Assembly (NCBI GenBank): GCA_964417755.1
Contig: CAYQJH010000002.1
Span: 2,693-66,692, forward strand
DNA from: an uncultured Planctomycetaceae bacterium
GTDB lineage: Bacteria; Planctomycetota; Phycisphaerae; SM23-33
Direction of reading: 5' to 3'
DNA length: 64,000 nucleotides
This document shows positions 18,475 through 27,947 of this stretch, one piece after another. The position numbers and the translations under genes are program-made. A model generated the notes under the pieces. That model was not told the DNA's origin. It saw only the letters and a program-made list of their open reading frames with translations, and ran no database searches. How positions within the stretch are numbered: position 1 is the stretch's first letter; each line of letters starts with the position of its first letter.

Positions 18475-21400
18475 ATGGCAGAGAACGATCACGTCAAGGC
18501 GTTGCAGGAAGTCCAGTCGAGGTTGGATGAGCTTTCGCGGCGGATGGATGGTTTCGAGAGCCGGCTGCAAAGCGTTCAGGCGCAACTGCCGCAGACGGCA
18601 GAGCCGGCCAAACCGCCTCCGCTGCCAGCGGACTATGTTCGGGGTGAAGATGCTCAGGCCGCCGCCAAGGCATTCGATGCTGCAGCCGATTGGACGCCTG
18701 TCGCCTGGCCGCCGCCTCCTGCCATTCCAGCGGAACAGAACGTTCCGTTGCCCTCACGGTCAGTTTCAGACATTGTGTCGCCGCCGACGGCAGTTGACGA
18801 GATCGGCCGGCTCATAGGCGCCACTGCGGAAGAAGCAGCCAAGCCGTCCGCAGCCGCATCCGCAACCGCACCCGCGGGGCGGACGCTGTCCATCGAACAG
18901 GTCATTGGAGCGCGATGGATGCTCATCGCCGGCGTTGTGGCGCTCATCGCAGCCGGCGGATACTTCTTCAAGCTCGCCTACGACAAGGGCTGGATCACGC
19001 CGATGCACCGCCTGGTGATGGGCGGCGTGTTTGGCCTGGTGCTTATTGCCGGCGGCTGCTGGATGCTTCGCAAAAAGCTCAACGCTTTCGCCGGGGCGAT
19101 GATGGGCGTGGGCATCGTCTGGATGTACCAGTCCATCTACGTCGCCAGCCCGAGCGGCCTGTGGCAGGGCCTGCACGCCGTCAGCACGCCCACGTCGTTT
19201 GCGCTCATGTGCGCGGTGACGATCCTGGGCATGACGCTGGCTGCCGCAACGAAGATGCAACTGACAGCCGTCATCTCGCTGGCCGGCGCCATCGCCACGC
19301 CGATGCTGCTCTCCACGGGCGAGAACCGCTTTGTCACGCTGATGGTGTACCTGCTGGCTGTCAACGTCGGCTTTGCCGCACTGGGCCTGCGGAAGCGTTG
19401 GCAGGTGCTCGCCCCGCTGGCAATGGCCGGCACGGCCATCCTCTTTGGCCTGTGGTTCGAGCGGCACTACCAGGCCGCCGCTTACGCGCAAACTATTGCC
19501 TTCGCATGGGCATTCGCCATCCTCTATGCCGCGACGGGCATCTGGGCACAGCGAAGCAGCCGGCATGATCCGCGCCTCTGCGCCGCAATGGTCTTCGCCC
19601 CAGCCATCCTGCTGGCATGGCTGCTGATCGTCGCCAATCCACCGGGCCAGCACCACCCGTTTGCTCTTCAGTTGCTGGTTCTCGCCGCAGCCGTGTTCAT
19701 GTACAGTCTGGTCAATCAGCTCAAGATGGCATCTGTCCTCACGCTGACGGCCAGCTGCGCGATGATGACGGGGCAGTTCATTGCCTCCAACCAGGACGCC
19801 CTGCGCTTGTGGTGCTGTCTGTACAGTTGGTTGATGCTGGCCTTGCCGTGCGTGGCACTTGCCCGCCCGGCCAGCAGAAGGTGGGATCGCACCAATATCG
19901 CTCTCTGGGCGATAGCGGGATTGTTCCACCTTTTCAACGTGACAATGCTTATCAATTCGGAGCGCCATCATCTCGTGCTGACACAGGTGATGCTTTTCGA
20001 CGCTCTTGTGCTGGTGATAGCACAGTGGCGCAGATGGCGATGGATCAGGATGGAATTGCTGCTGCTGACGGCAATCTGCGTCGTCGCTGCGGTGGAGTTG
20101 CCACGCCCCCAGCTCAGCGTCTGGCCGGCCTTGTCCTGGACGTGGAGCTTCTTCGCCCTGTTCATGGCTGATATCGTTCGCCGGGCATTCTGGCAGAGCA
20201 ATCGCAGGCAGATCGTGCTGGAGTGCATCCTGTCGCTGCTGGCCAGCGCCGGTATGTTTGCGTTGACGTACACCATTATGTCTGCGGCCTATCCATACTG
20301 GACCGGCCTGTACGCTGTCGTCATCTCCGCTGTGCTGGCGGGCGTGGTGTATGTGCTGCATCGCTGGCCCAAAGACAAGACCCTTGCCTCATGCATCCTT
20401 GTGCAGGCGCTGCTGCTGCTTGCCCTGGCTGCGCCGATCCAGTACGACCACACAGCCGTCACTATCGCATGGATGCTGCAGGCGCTGGCCGGCATGATTG
20501 TCGCCCGCCTGCTGAAGAAGCCCTTCCATAGCCTGCTCTGGCTGTTCTCGCCGCTGACGGTCGGCGCCGCACTGCTTCACTGGTTCATCGACGTGCAAGA
20601 GGATGGCTGGCTGGGCGGGATACTATTCAGCCCGCTCGGAGTGAACATCACTATCGGCCTGGCTGTTGGCGTCGCGATCTCGCTGACGATCCTGGCCATC
20701 GTGTGGGTGCTGCGGTTGAACCAGCCGATTCGCAGTGAAGACGAAGATCGATCTCTTGCGGCGGTGCTAACCATCGTCGCCTCGATGCTATTCGTCATTG
20801 AAGTCATATACCTGCTGCCGCCGCTGAGCCAGGCCTATTGGCTGCTGGCGTGGACAGCCCTGCTGGCCGGTGCAGCAGTGAGGGCGCGCAGCGGCTATCT
20901 GAGCATCCTGGCGACAGTTATACTCGCGCTGACCATCCTGAAATGGCTTTTCGTTGATTCCGTCGGCAATTGGCGCGACCAGGCCTTCGCAGCCATGCCG
21001 GTTGCAGCCAATTGGCACGGCCTGGCCGGCCTGCTGCTGGCGGTGGCGGCGATCGCCTGGGCCAAGGTGCTTGCTTCCCGCAAGATCCTCCAGCCGGCTG
21101 CTCTGGTTGATGCGCTGGGCCTGCTTGGGCCGGTTGTGTTGGTTTGGGCAGGCAGCGTGGAGATCGTCCGCTTCTTCCAGGCAAGCGCCCAAACCTGGAG
21201 CGGCGACGCCACGCAGGCCACCCATACCGCGCTTTCTATCTGGTGGGGCTTGTCTGCAACGGCTGCCTTGGCGGTGGGCTTCATAATCCGCAAGGCGCCG
21301 CTGCGATACCTGGCCATCGCGATCTTCGCCGTCACCATCGGGAAGATCTTCTGGGCTGACCTCTCGAAGGTCGAGATGCCGTATCGCGTGCTGAGCCTTC

Positions 21401-21504
21401 TTGGCCTGGGCATGCTGCTGCTAAGCGGCTCGTGGCTGTACCATAGAGCGGCTGCCTCGAAGGAGAAGGATCATCCGCAAGACGAAATTCCAGGGCAGGG
21501 CTGA
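18475..21504 (+). CDS. Large polytopic membrane protein (DUF2339-like) with N-terminal coiled-coil
   Basis: ATG at 18475 with RBS AGGGTGGAG. About 60 aa of coiled-coil followed by more than 20 predicted TM helices across roughly 1000 aa. Confidence 0.55.
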   Translation: MAENDHVKALQEVQSRLDELSRRMDGFESRLQSVQAQLPQTAEPAKPPPLPADYVRGEDAQAAAKAFDAAADWTPVAWPPPPAIPAEQNVPLPSRSVSDIVSPPTAVDEIGRLIGATAEEAAKPSAAASATAPAGRTLSIEQVIGARWMLIAGVVALIAAGGYFFKLAYDKGWITPMHRLVMGGVFGLVLIAGGCWMLRKKLNAFAGAMMGVGIVWMYQSIYVASPSGLWQGLHAVSTPTSFALMCAVTILGMTLAAATKMQLTAVISLAGAIATPMLLSTGENRFVTLMVYLLAVNVGFAALGLRKRWQVLAPLAMAGTAILFGLWFERHYQAAAYAQTIAFAWAFAILYAATGIWAQRSSRHDPRLCAAMVFAPAILLAWLLIVANPPGQHHPFALQLLVLAAAVFMYSLVNQLKMASVLTLTASCAMMTGQFIASNQDALRLWCCLYSWLMLALPCVALARPASRRWDRTNIALWAIAGLFHLFNVTMLINSERHHLVLTQVMLFDALVLVIAQWRRWRWIRMELLLLTAICVVAAVELPRPQLSVWPALSWTWSFFALFMADIVRRAFWQSNRRQIVLECILSLLASAGMFALTYTIMSAAYPYWTGLYAVVISAVLAGVVYVLHRWPKDKTLASCILVQALLLLALAAPIQYDHTAVTIAWMLQALAGMIVARLLKKPFHSLLWLFSPLTVGAALLHWFIDVQEDGWLGGILFSPLGVNITIGLAVGVAISLTILAIVWVLRLNQPIRSEDEDRSLAAVLTIVASMLFVIEVIYLLPPLSQAYWLLAWTALLAGAAVRARSGYLSILATVILALTILKWLFVDSVGNWRDQAFAAMPVAANWHGLAGLLLAVAAIAWAKVLASRKILQPAALVDALGLLGPVVLVWAGSVEIVRFFQASAQTWSGDATQATHTALSIWWGLSATAALAVGFIIRKAPLRYLAIAIFAVTIGKIFWADLSKVEMPYRVLSLLGLGMLLLSGSWLYHRAAASKEKDHPQDEIPGQG

Positions 21505-22148
21505 CACGCGAGCACAAAAAAAAGACCACAAGGCCATCAAGGTTCCCGTCAGTTTTCCGGACCCTTTCGGATCCTTCGGTTTCCGGTGTCCCTGATGACC
21601 CTTGTGATCTTAATCTAGTCTAGGCAGGCACCGCCCAAATTTCTTCTGCAACTGGAATTTTCTGCACTTTTTCTTCCACTGCTGCCATTTGAGACCGTCT
21701 GAATAACCTGCCGCAGAGACGCACAGGCCGCTGAGAACGTCAAGATCATTGATCTCTTCTCTCTGGCATGTTGATGCCGCCAAGACGGAGGATGCCATCC
21801 TCGCGCCGTTCTGGCTGTCCCATTTGTCGCAGGCGGCTCTCCATGGCTGAGGGCCCGCTCGTTATTGTGCTTGCCGTTGGCCCCATGGGGTAAACGCACC
21901 CTGGGCGACCAGCCGATCTTTGCTTTGAAGTCCCCTGCGTAAGCAGCGGGCCCCGCGCCTTCCGGCGGGGGCTTCCACTTGGTTCAACCAGTAAAAAAAA
22001 AACCACAGAGGCCTTTAAGGTTGTCGTATAGAGCTAATTGCTCTTTTCGATTTCCTTAATTGCCTCTGTGGCTTCTGAATTAACTATAGGCCGGCCCACG
22101 TGCGTTTTCATCTTTTCCTGGTGATTCATGTATTTCTTTCCCGCACTG

Positions 22149-22177
22149 TTGCCGCGGGGCGGCTGGGCGAGTATAAA
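22149..22177 (+). promoter_or_regulatory. Sigma-70-like promoter of the SRP RNA gene
   Basis: TTGCCG (22149-22154), 17-nt spacer, TATAAA (22172-22177). The RNA 5' end is about 6 nt downstream. Confidence 0.5.
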
Positions 22178-22183
22178 GACTAT

Positions 22184-22469
22184 GCCGTGCTAAGCGGGGC
22201 GCTAGCGGTGCCCTGACGGCCGAAAGGCCTGACCCGCAATCCGCTACAGCGGGGCTGAACGGTCCGCCGAGGGCCGCTGTTTGCAGGTTCCCTCGTCATG
22301 CGGGCGGTGTTGAAGGTTGGGTCCTCTGCAACGTTACGCCGTGAACCTGGTCAGGTCCGGAAGGAAGCAGCCATAAGCGACTTGTAACGTGTGCCGGAGG
22401 GTCACCTGGCTGGAGCCGTCTTCATGGCGATCCCTGTGAGCACGCGATTCGAAGCGGATCTGCACGGCT
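22184..22469 (+). ncRNA. ffs: Signal recognition particle RNA, long (Alu-domain, Bacillus-type) form
   Basis: Universal helix-8 sequence CCTGGTCAGGTCCGGAAGGAAGCAGCCATAAG at about 22345-22378. A 5' GCCGTGCTAAGCGGGG...GGTGCCCTG...CAATCCGCTACAGC Alu-like region. The 3' CGATTCGAAGCGGATCTGCACGGC pairs with the 5' GCCGTGC. A U-rich tract follows. Confidence 0.75.
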
Positions 22470-22522
22470 TTTCTTCACTCACGCACCAGAGTCCGACTTA
22501 CCGCGAACCAAAGGGGCCAATC

Positions 22523-24019
22523 ATGAACAGGCCGTTTACTCGGATGTATCTTCTGTCCATAGTTCTGGTCTGCGTACAAGCAGCCGATGCTGCCTCGCCG
22601 GCGACCGCAGCCGCCCCCACGGGCAGTCAATCGGCACAGACCGTCTACCCGACGCTGGAGGAGGCCGCCATCGCCGCCTGGCAATTCAGTGATCCTGATT
22701 TGCCTGCCGAATATTATGTCCACGGTCCGACAGAGGGCATGTTTGATCGGCCTGCGACTCTGAAGTTGATGAAGTCCAACGCATACGAGATATACAAGAC
22801 GCACGCCGATCTCAACGGCGACGGGGTTGACGAGGTGCTGATGGCCAATGGCCACTTCGTGAACAAGACTGGCAGAGAGTCGAGCTTCGATGGCGCTCAG
22901 AATCGCACTTGGGCAGTCCTTCAGAACACCCGGGGAGGTTGGCTTATCGTCGGAGCTGGTTTCGGTTCTCCCTGTCCGCCGGAGGTGCTCAAGGAATTAA
23001 CCAACGGCTGGAAGAACATTCGGAGCGGGCACCACCTGAGCGCCAGCAGTGGTGCCACATATCTATATGAATTCAATGGAATTCGATACAAACTGGTCAA
23101 GGAAACCGAGTATGGCCATTTGCCTACACGTCCTACCACCGGCCCTGCAACGCAGACGAGTAGTTCCCCAGCGAGCGTGCGATGGTCAAATGCCACAAAT
23201 GGCCTGAGGGCTCGAATTGAGGCAGGGCCATATCTTGCAAAGAGGTTGGGCAACCGAGTCGACGTGTATTTCGAGAACGTTTCTGATGAACCTTTTAGCC
23301 TTGATTTCGGCGAACTACAGGCGCTGTCATGGGCGGTCTTCGATGCCACAGGAAAGGACGTCAAACCCATAGCTGTGCAAAAGGCCGAGGCAGTCCCTGA
23401 CTGGCATTCGATTGCGCCCGGCCAGCAACTCGGTATGGTCCTGGGCAAGTCGGTGCAAAACCGCGACGGTCGCCTGCAGATCGGCGTCCACGAATGGAAA
23501 CTCCAGCCGGGCCGATATTCGATCCATTGCATGTTGGAGCTGCGATCAGACGCAGCGTCGAGGCCGGCTGGGCAAACACCGTGGAGCGGCCGGGTGGAAC
23601 TGCCGCCTGCGGAGTTTGAGGTCGTGGGGGAAGTCAGCGACGAGAACTTGATTGAAGCTGGTGAGCAAGTCCGCGCCGCCCATCCTGCCGGCGGTCTGGC
23701 CATGTGGCAGGCCCTGGCGGAACTGGTGCGTCCCGGCATGACGGTGCGGCAGATGTTCTTGGTTCTGCCAGCAAAGAAGATGACGCTGGAGGAAATGGGA
23801 GGGGCAGGCATCCTTTGGATGGGCGGCATCTTCTCGCTCAACTATCGGGTTGACGCTCTATGGTGCGTTGAAGCTGTCGGCGTGGGAGAAACTTCGGCCG
23901 GTTTGACCAACCCGTCCACGCAATCCCAGGCCATTGGCTTCGAGAATATGATCTTGACCCGTAAACCAGCAATAAAACCGGCGAAGGCTTCCATCGTTCC
24001 CGCCACGCAACCTGGCTAA
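22523..24019 (+). CDS. Secreted hypothetical protein
   Basis: ATG at 22523 gives a signal peptide MNRPFTRMYLLSIVLVCVQAADA. The upstream part of the track ORF overlaps the SRP RNA and is not coding. Confidence 0.55.
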   Translation: MNRPFTRMYLLSIVLVCVQAADAASPATAAAPTGSQSAQTVYPTLEEAAIAAWQFSDPDLPAEYYVHGPTEGMFDRPATLKLMKSNAYEIYKTHADLNGDGVDEVLMANGHFVNKTGRESSFDGAQNRTWAVLQNTRGGWLIVGAGFGSPCPPEVLKELTNGWKNIRSGHHLSASSGATYLYEFNGIRYKLVKETEYGHLPTRPTTGPATQTSSSPASVRWSNATNGLRARIEAGPYLAKRLGNRVDVYFENVSDEPFSLDFGELQALSWAVFDATGKDVKPIAVQKAEAVPDWHSIAPGQQLGMVLGKSVQNRDGRLQIGVHEWKLQPGRYSIHCMLELRSDAASRPAGQTPWSGRVELPPAEFEVVGEVSDENLIEAGEQVRAAHPAGGLAMWQALAELVRPGMTVRQMFLVLPAKKMTLEEMGGAGILWMGGIFSLNYRVDALWCVEAVGVGETSAGLTNPSTQSQAIGFENMILTRKPAIKPAKASIVPATQPG

Positions 24020-24207
24020 TTCACGATCTCCAGCAATCGCTCAATGAGTCGGATATGTCGTTGCTTGTCTTTGCGGAGTTGCAGGAGTTTCTGGCTGACG
24101 TTGGGGTCGCTGGCGGCCATCGATAGCTGCGTGTAGTGTTGCTGGGCCTGCTCGGTCATTCGCAGGAGCGTCTGGAATTGCTCGGCGACTTGGGCTTGCT
24201 CAAGCAT
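24016..24207 (-). CDS. Small helical hypothetical protein (63 aa)
   Basis: Starts MLEQAQVAEQF. Its start overlaps the stop of the upstream small gene by 8 nt, indicating translational coupling. Confidence 0.45.
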   Translation of the reverse strand: MLEQAQVAEQFQTLLRMTEQAQQHYTQLSMAASDPNVSQKLLQLRKDKQRHIRLIERLLEIVN

Positions 24208-24439
24208 GGCAGCACGCTTGGGTGCATGACTGGGGTAGTTGCGAGACGATCTGCCGATGCACTTCCACGTCGGTCTGAATCGCCCCAAGGATGGCATATA
24301 CCTCGGCCCGCTGTTCCTCATCGAGGCTTTCCAGCCGGGCCACTTCGTCGGCTGCCGAGGCCAGCACGTCGGCGAGTTGTGCTTCCAGTCCAGCCGTCGC
24401 AGACACGCTCATTGAAGGGTCGATTTGCATGCCAGTCAT
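24200..24439 (-). CDS. Small acidic hypothetical protein (~79 aa)
   Basis: Starts MTGMQIDPS. First gene of a two-gene mini-operon. Coordinates are approximate. Confidence 0.4.
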   Translation of the reverse strand: MTGMQIDPSMSVSATAGLEAQLADVLASAADEVARLESLDEEQRAEVYAILGAIQTDVEVHRQIVSQLPQSCTQACCHA

Positions 24440-24902
24440 CGCGGACGCTCCGTCTGGCCGACTCGAAGCAATCAGCCGGGAAAGATTATCGCATAGATCG
24501 CGTTCTGAGGCAAGAAACAAAGGCCCAAAACGACAGGAAGTCGTGGCTGCACATGTCCGCTTGGAGCAGTCGGCAGGGCGTTTGGGGGCAAATACGCCTG
24601 AGCCGGTCGCAAGACATTTTGCCCAGTGCAACTGAAATCGGAATTCCTTGATTCGCCGTTCCCCATGTCACGAAGCGCTAGTCCAGTACACAAAGCAACT
24701 TGTGCAGGTTCATCCTCAGCGAACCAGGCCGGTTTGCGGACGGAAACCCCCAAGCGGCAATCCTCTGCGCAATTCAACACCCTGCCCATGGCGTCCGATA
24801 GAAGGGAAAGCCCCTCGTGCCGCGCTGCGGCTGAGGCGCTTTGATGGTGCCTTTTTGTAACGTAAGTTTCAAGATGAGCCGCAAAATCAGTGGAGCTTTC
24901 GC

Positions 24903-25994
24903 ATGCCAATAAAGATGGTCAAGAACCAGGTCCTGCCCATCGGGGTGGACCTTGGCGCCAGCATGGTCAAAGTAGCCCAGCTTCGAAACGCCGGTGAGAC
25001 AGTGGAGCTCTTGGCTGCCGCCATTATCGAGATCAACAAGGAGCAGCGGCAGGCAAACCCTGCGCAGCGATTGGATAATCTCAGCGATTCCCTGCGCCAG
25101 GTCGTGAAGGCCAATCCCTTCCGCGGGCGCAAGTGCATCCTCTCTCTGCCGACCGAATTCGTCTTTGTGCATCATCTGAAGGTGCCCAAGATGCTTGAGA
25201 AGGAGCTGGCGGCTTCGCTGAGCATGGAGTTGCAGGGCAAGGCGCCGTTCAACGTCGACGACGCCGTGGTTCGCTACGTACTGGCCGGCGAGGTCTTCAA
25301 TGACGGCCAGCCGCGGCAGGAAGTCATCGTGGTCGCCGCCTCGCGCGACATCATCGAAAGCCACATCCGCATGGCCAACCGCGCGGGCCTGGAAGTGATC
25401 GGGATGAACATCGATGCCTGCGCAGTGGTGGAATGCTTCTCGCGGCTCTTCCGCCGAGCCAGCGATTCAGCCCGCACGATCCTGTACGTGGACATTGGCT
25501 CGGCCAGCACGCAGGTGGCGCTGTCGCATGGCAACCGGCTGGTCTTTGCCCGGAACCTGGCCATCGGCGGCGAGCAGTTGGACCAGGCCGTCGCCGAGGG
25601 CCTTGGCATTCCGCTGGACCACGCCCGCGTTCTGCGAAGAGACCCGCAGAACGCTCAGCAGGATTCGGCTGCTGTCAATGAGCTTTATCACCTGATGGAT
25701 AAACCGCTGGGCAATTTGGCTGATGAACTTACCCAGTGCCTTCATTACTACGAATCGGTATTTCGCAACCAGGGCGTAGAACGCGCGATATTCGTGGGCG
25801 GGCAGGCGTACGACAAGCGGCTGTGCCAGACACTGGCGCAGCGGCTGAACTTGCCGGCCCAGATCGGCGACCCGCTGATGCGGATCAAGCGGATCGCCGG
25901 CGCGGGGCTGCCTCTGGGCATGGATCGGCGCGAGCCGCAGCCTGACTGGGCGGTGGCGGTGGGGTTGTCCGTGGGTGCAGCAGAGGCTGCATAA
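24903..25994 (+). CDS. pilM: Type IV pilus assembly protein PilM
   Basis: Actin-like ATPase fold, IGVDLGASMVKVAQL N-terminus. First gene of the pilMNOP block. Confidence 0.8.
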   Translation: MPIKMVKNQVLPIGVDLGASMVKVAQLRNAGETVELLAAAIIEINKEQRQANPAQRLDNLSDSLRQVVKANPFRGRKCILSLPTEFVFVHHLKVPKMLEKELAASLSMELQGKAPFNVDDAVVRYVLAGEVFNDGQPRQEVIVVAASRDIIESHIRMANRAGLEVIGMNIDACAVVECFSRLFRRASDSARTILYVDIGSASTQVALSHGNRLVFARNLAIGGEQLDQAVAEGLGIPLDHARVLRRDPQNAQQDSAAVNELYHLMDKPLGNLADELTQCLHYYESVFRNQGVERAIFVGGQAYDKRLCQTLAQRLNLPAQIGDPLMRIKRIAGAGLPLGMDRREPQPDWAVAVGLSVGAAEAA

Positions 25995-26005
25995 ATGGAG
26001 CAAAC

Positions 26006-26728
26006 ATGAGCACGATTAACCTGCTGCCCGACGACTATATCCAGCGCAGCTGCCAGCGGCGCGCCAACGTGATGTGCCTTATCCTTTTTGCCGTGACGAT
26101 GATCGCGGTGGTTGCCGCCGTGGTCATCAGCGAGCGGCGCACCAGCGGCACGAGGCTGCTTGCCGACCAGGTAGACACCGCCTATGAGCACGCCCTGGCG
26201 GACATCGCGAAGATGAGGGAGATGGAGGCCCGCAGGCAGGACATGCTCGTCAAGGCCTCCGCAGCCTCGGCACTGCTTGAGCGCGTGCCTCGCAGCCATC
26301 TGCTGGGCATCATCGCCAATGCGCTTCCGAACAACACGTCCATCTACAAGCTTGAGTTGGACACCAAGCGAATCCTTGCGGCGCCGGCGGCGACGGCCAA
26401 GCCGGCGGCAAACAAGTTCGAGGCCATTGCAACCGCCAGAGAGGCCCAAAGCGCCGGCACGGTTGTGGCAATGGAGATGCTTGGGCTGGCTGGGACGGAC
26501 GTTGAGGTTGCGCGGCTGATCACCAACCTGGCCCGTAACCCGCTGATAGCCAGTGTCGACCTGGTCTACAGCCAGGAGCGATTGATCGAGAAGACGCCGG
26601 TACGGGAATTCCAGGTGCACCTGGAACTCAAGAGCAATGCTGATGCGCTCGATGACACGCAAGTGGCAGCCGCCGGCGCGGTTGAGGCACCCTCGACCGC
26701 TGACGGCGCCGCAGGAGTCAAGCAATGA
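26006..26728 (+). CDS. pilN: Type IV pilus assembly protein PilN
   Basis: Short cytoplasmic N-terminus (NLLPDDY) followed by a single TM, in PilN position. Confidence 0.7.
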   Translation: MSTINLLPDDYIQRSCQRRANVMCLILFAVTMIAVVAAVVISERRTSGTRLLADQVDTAYEHALADIAKMREMEARRQDMLVKASAASALLERVPRSHLLGIIANALPNNTSIYKLELDTKRILAAPAATAKPAANKFEAIATAREAQSAGTVVAMEMLGLAGTDVEVARLITNLARNPLIASVDLVYSQERLIEKTPVREFQVHLELKSNADALDDTQVAAAGAVEAPSTADGAAGVKQ

Positions 26729-27294
26729 AATTCGGCCTGAGAGAATTGATATTCCTGTTGATGCTGATGGCCATTCCACTGGGCAGCTATGTGATGATCT
26801 TCCGCCCGCAGGATCGCCGCCAACAGGCGATGGCGAAGGAGATCGAGGCCAAGAAGGCGAACTTGGCGCAGTTGACCCAGACGACGGCGAGGATCGGCAA
26901 CATCGAAACCGAGGTACAGGCCCTGGAGAAGGGCATCGAAAGCCTGCAGGCCAAGTTGCCCAGCGAGAAGGAAATTGACAAGGTGCTGCAGGAGGTCTGG
27001 CGCCTGGCTGAGGCCAACAAGCTGACCACCAAGAGCATCCGCACGCTGGACAAGACGCCGGATATGACGTTCGCTTCCGCCAGCGGCCCGCACGCCGAAC
27101 AGCCGATCATGATGAAGCTTGAAGGCGATTTTATGGGATTCTATGCGTTCATGCTGGCCCTGGAAGACCAGCCTCGCATCATGCGGATACGCAAGATGAC
27201 ACTGACCAAGCCTGACAAGGCCCCCGATGGGTTCATGCAGGCTGCGGTCGAAATGACCATCTTCTTCGAGCAATTCGCGAAGGACCAGATATGA
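26725..27294 (+). CDS. pilO: Type IV pilus assembly protein PilO
   Basis: N-terminal TM plus coiled-coil. 4-nt overlap with pilN. Confidence 0.65.
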   Translation: MKFGLRELIFLLMLMAIPLGSYVMIFRPQDRRQQAMAKEIEAKKANLAQLTQTTARIGNIETEVQALEKGIESLQAKLPSEKEIDKVLQEVWRLAEANKLTTKSIRTLDKTPDMTFASASGPHAEQPIMMKLEGDFMGFYAFMLALEDQPRIMRIRKMTLTKPDKAPDGFMQAAVEMTIFFEQFAKDQI

Positions 27295-27947
27295 CTACGC
27301 AGAGCGTCAATGACGCGAGCAATCCATTCGATGCGCCTCCAAGCCCGGCAGAGCTTCCGCAGGCATCTGCCTGCAGCTCGCGCAGCCGCCAGGCCAGCGC
27401 AATCATTCGCGGCAACATGCTGCTGATCGCGCTTTTTGCCGCAGGCCTGCTGGGCGTCTATTTGCTGAGCCTCCGAGGCGGGCCAGCCAAGGCGTCGGCT
27501 GAGCAACTCCAGGCCCAGCAGCAGGTGGATGAGGCCCTGAGGAGCATGTACGCGGTCGCCACTGGCGACGATCGTTCCGCCAAGAGCATCGTCGACACGT
27601 TCTACCAGGAGGCCAAGCTGCGGCAGATCCCTCTCAAGAAGCTCAAGGTCAACCCGTTTGTATTTCGCCTGAACGTGATGAACGTCTCGGTGACGCCCAC
27701 GCCGGCCAATCCTTCGGGCCTGTCGGTGCCGACGTTAGACGACCCATCATCCGTCATAGAGGCTGTCAAGCAGTTGTCGCTGCAGACGATCCTCAGCGGC
27801 GCCGACGGCAAGGCCAAGGCCATGATCTCGAACAATCTGCTCTCGGAGGGCCAGGGCATCGCCGGCTGGACAATCAGCAAGATCAATCCCAGAGACGTTG
27901 TGCTGACGTGGAAGGATCAGACATACACGCTTAAGTTGCCGGATTGA
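27291..27947 (+). CDS. PilP-like pilus assembly protein
   Basis: Called by position between pilO and pilB. 4-nt overlaps on both sides. Confidence 0.5.
   Translation: MTTQSVNDASNPFDAPPSPAELPQASACSSRSRQASAIIRGNMLLIALFAAGLLGVYLLSLRGGPAKASAEQLQAQQQVDEALRSMYAVATGDDRSAKSIVDTFYQEAKLRQIPLKKLKVNPFVFRLNVMNVSVTPTPANPSGLSVPTLDDPSSVIEAVKQLSLQTILSGADGKAKAMISNNLLSEGQGIAGWTISKINPRDVVLTWKDQTYTLKLPD

Noticed and set aside
18766-20361. 531-aa minus-strand ORF
   Set aside because: Antisense to the large membrane-protein gene. His/Arg/Gln-rich artefactual translation.
21505-22180. Possible tmRNA, RNase P RNA or 6S RNA in the gene-free region upstream of the SRP RNA
   Set aside because: No tRNA-like T-arm (GGTTCGA.TCC), no tag-peptide ORF ending in ...AA-stop, and no RNase P P4 motifs were visible. 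Only the downstream SRP RNA is supported.
22391-22522. 5' portion of the track ORF 22391-24019
   Set aside because: Overlaps the SRP RNA gene. The real CDS begins at ATG 22523 with a signal peptide.
22921-23841. 306-aa minus-strand ORF
   Set aside because: Antisense to the plus-strand secreted protein, which has a signal peptide and a defined start after the SRP RNA.
25748-27273. Minus-strand ORFs over pilN/pilO
   Set aside because: Antisense to the pilMNOP genes, which have overlapping stop/start codons and the expected architecture.
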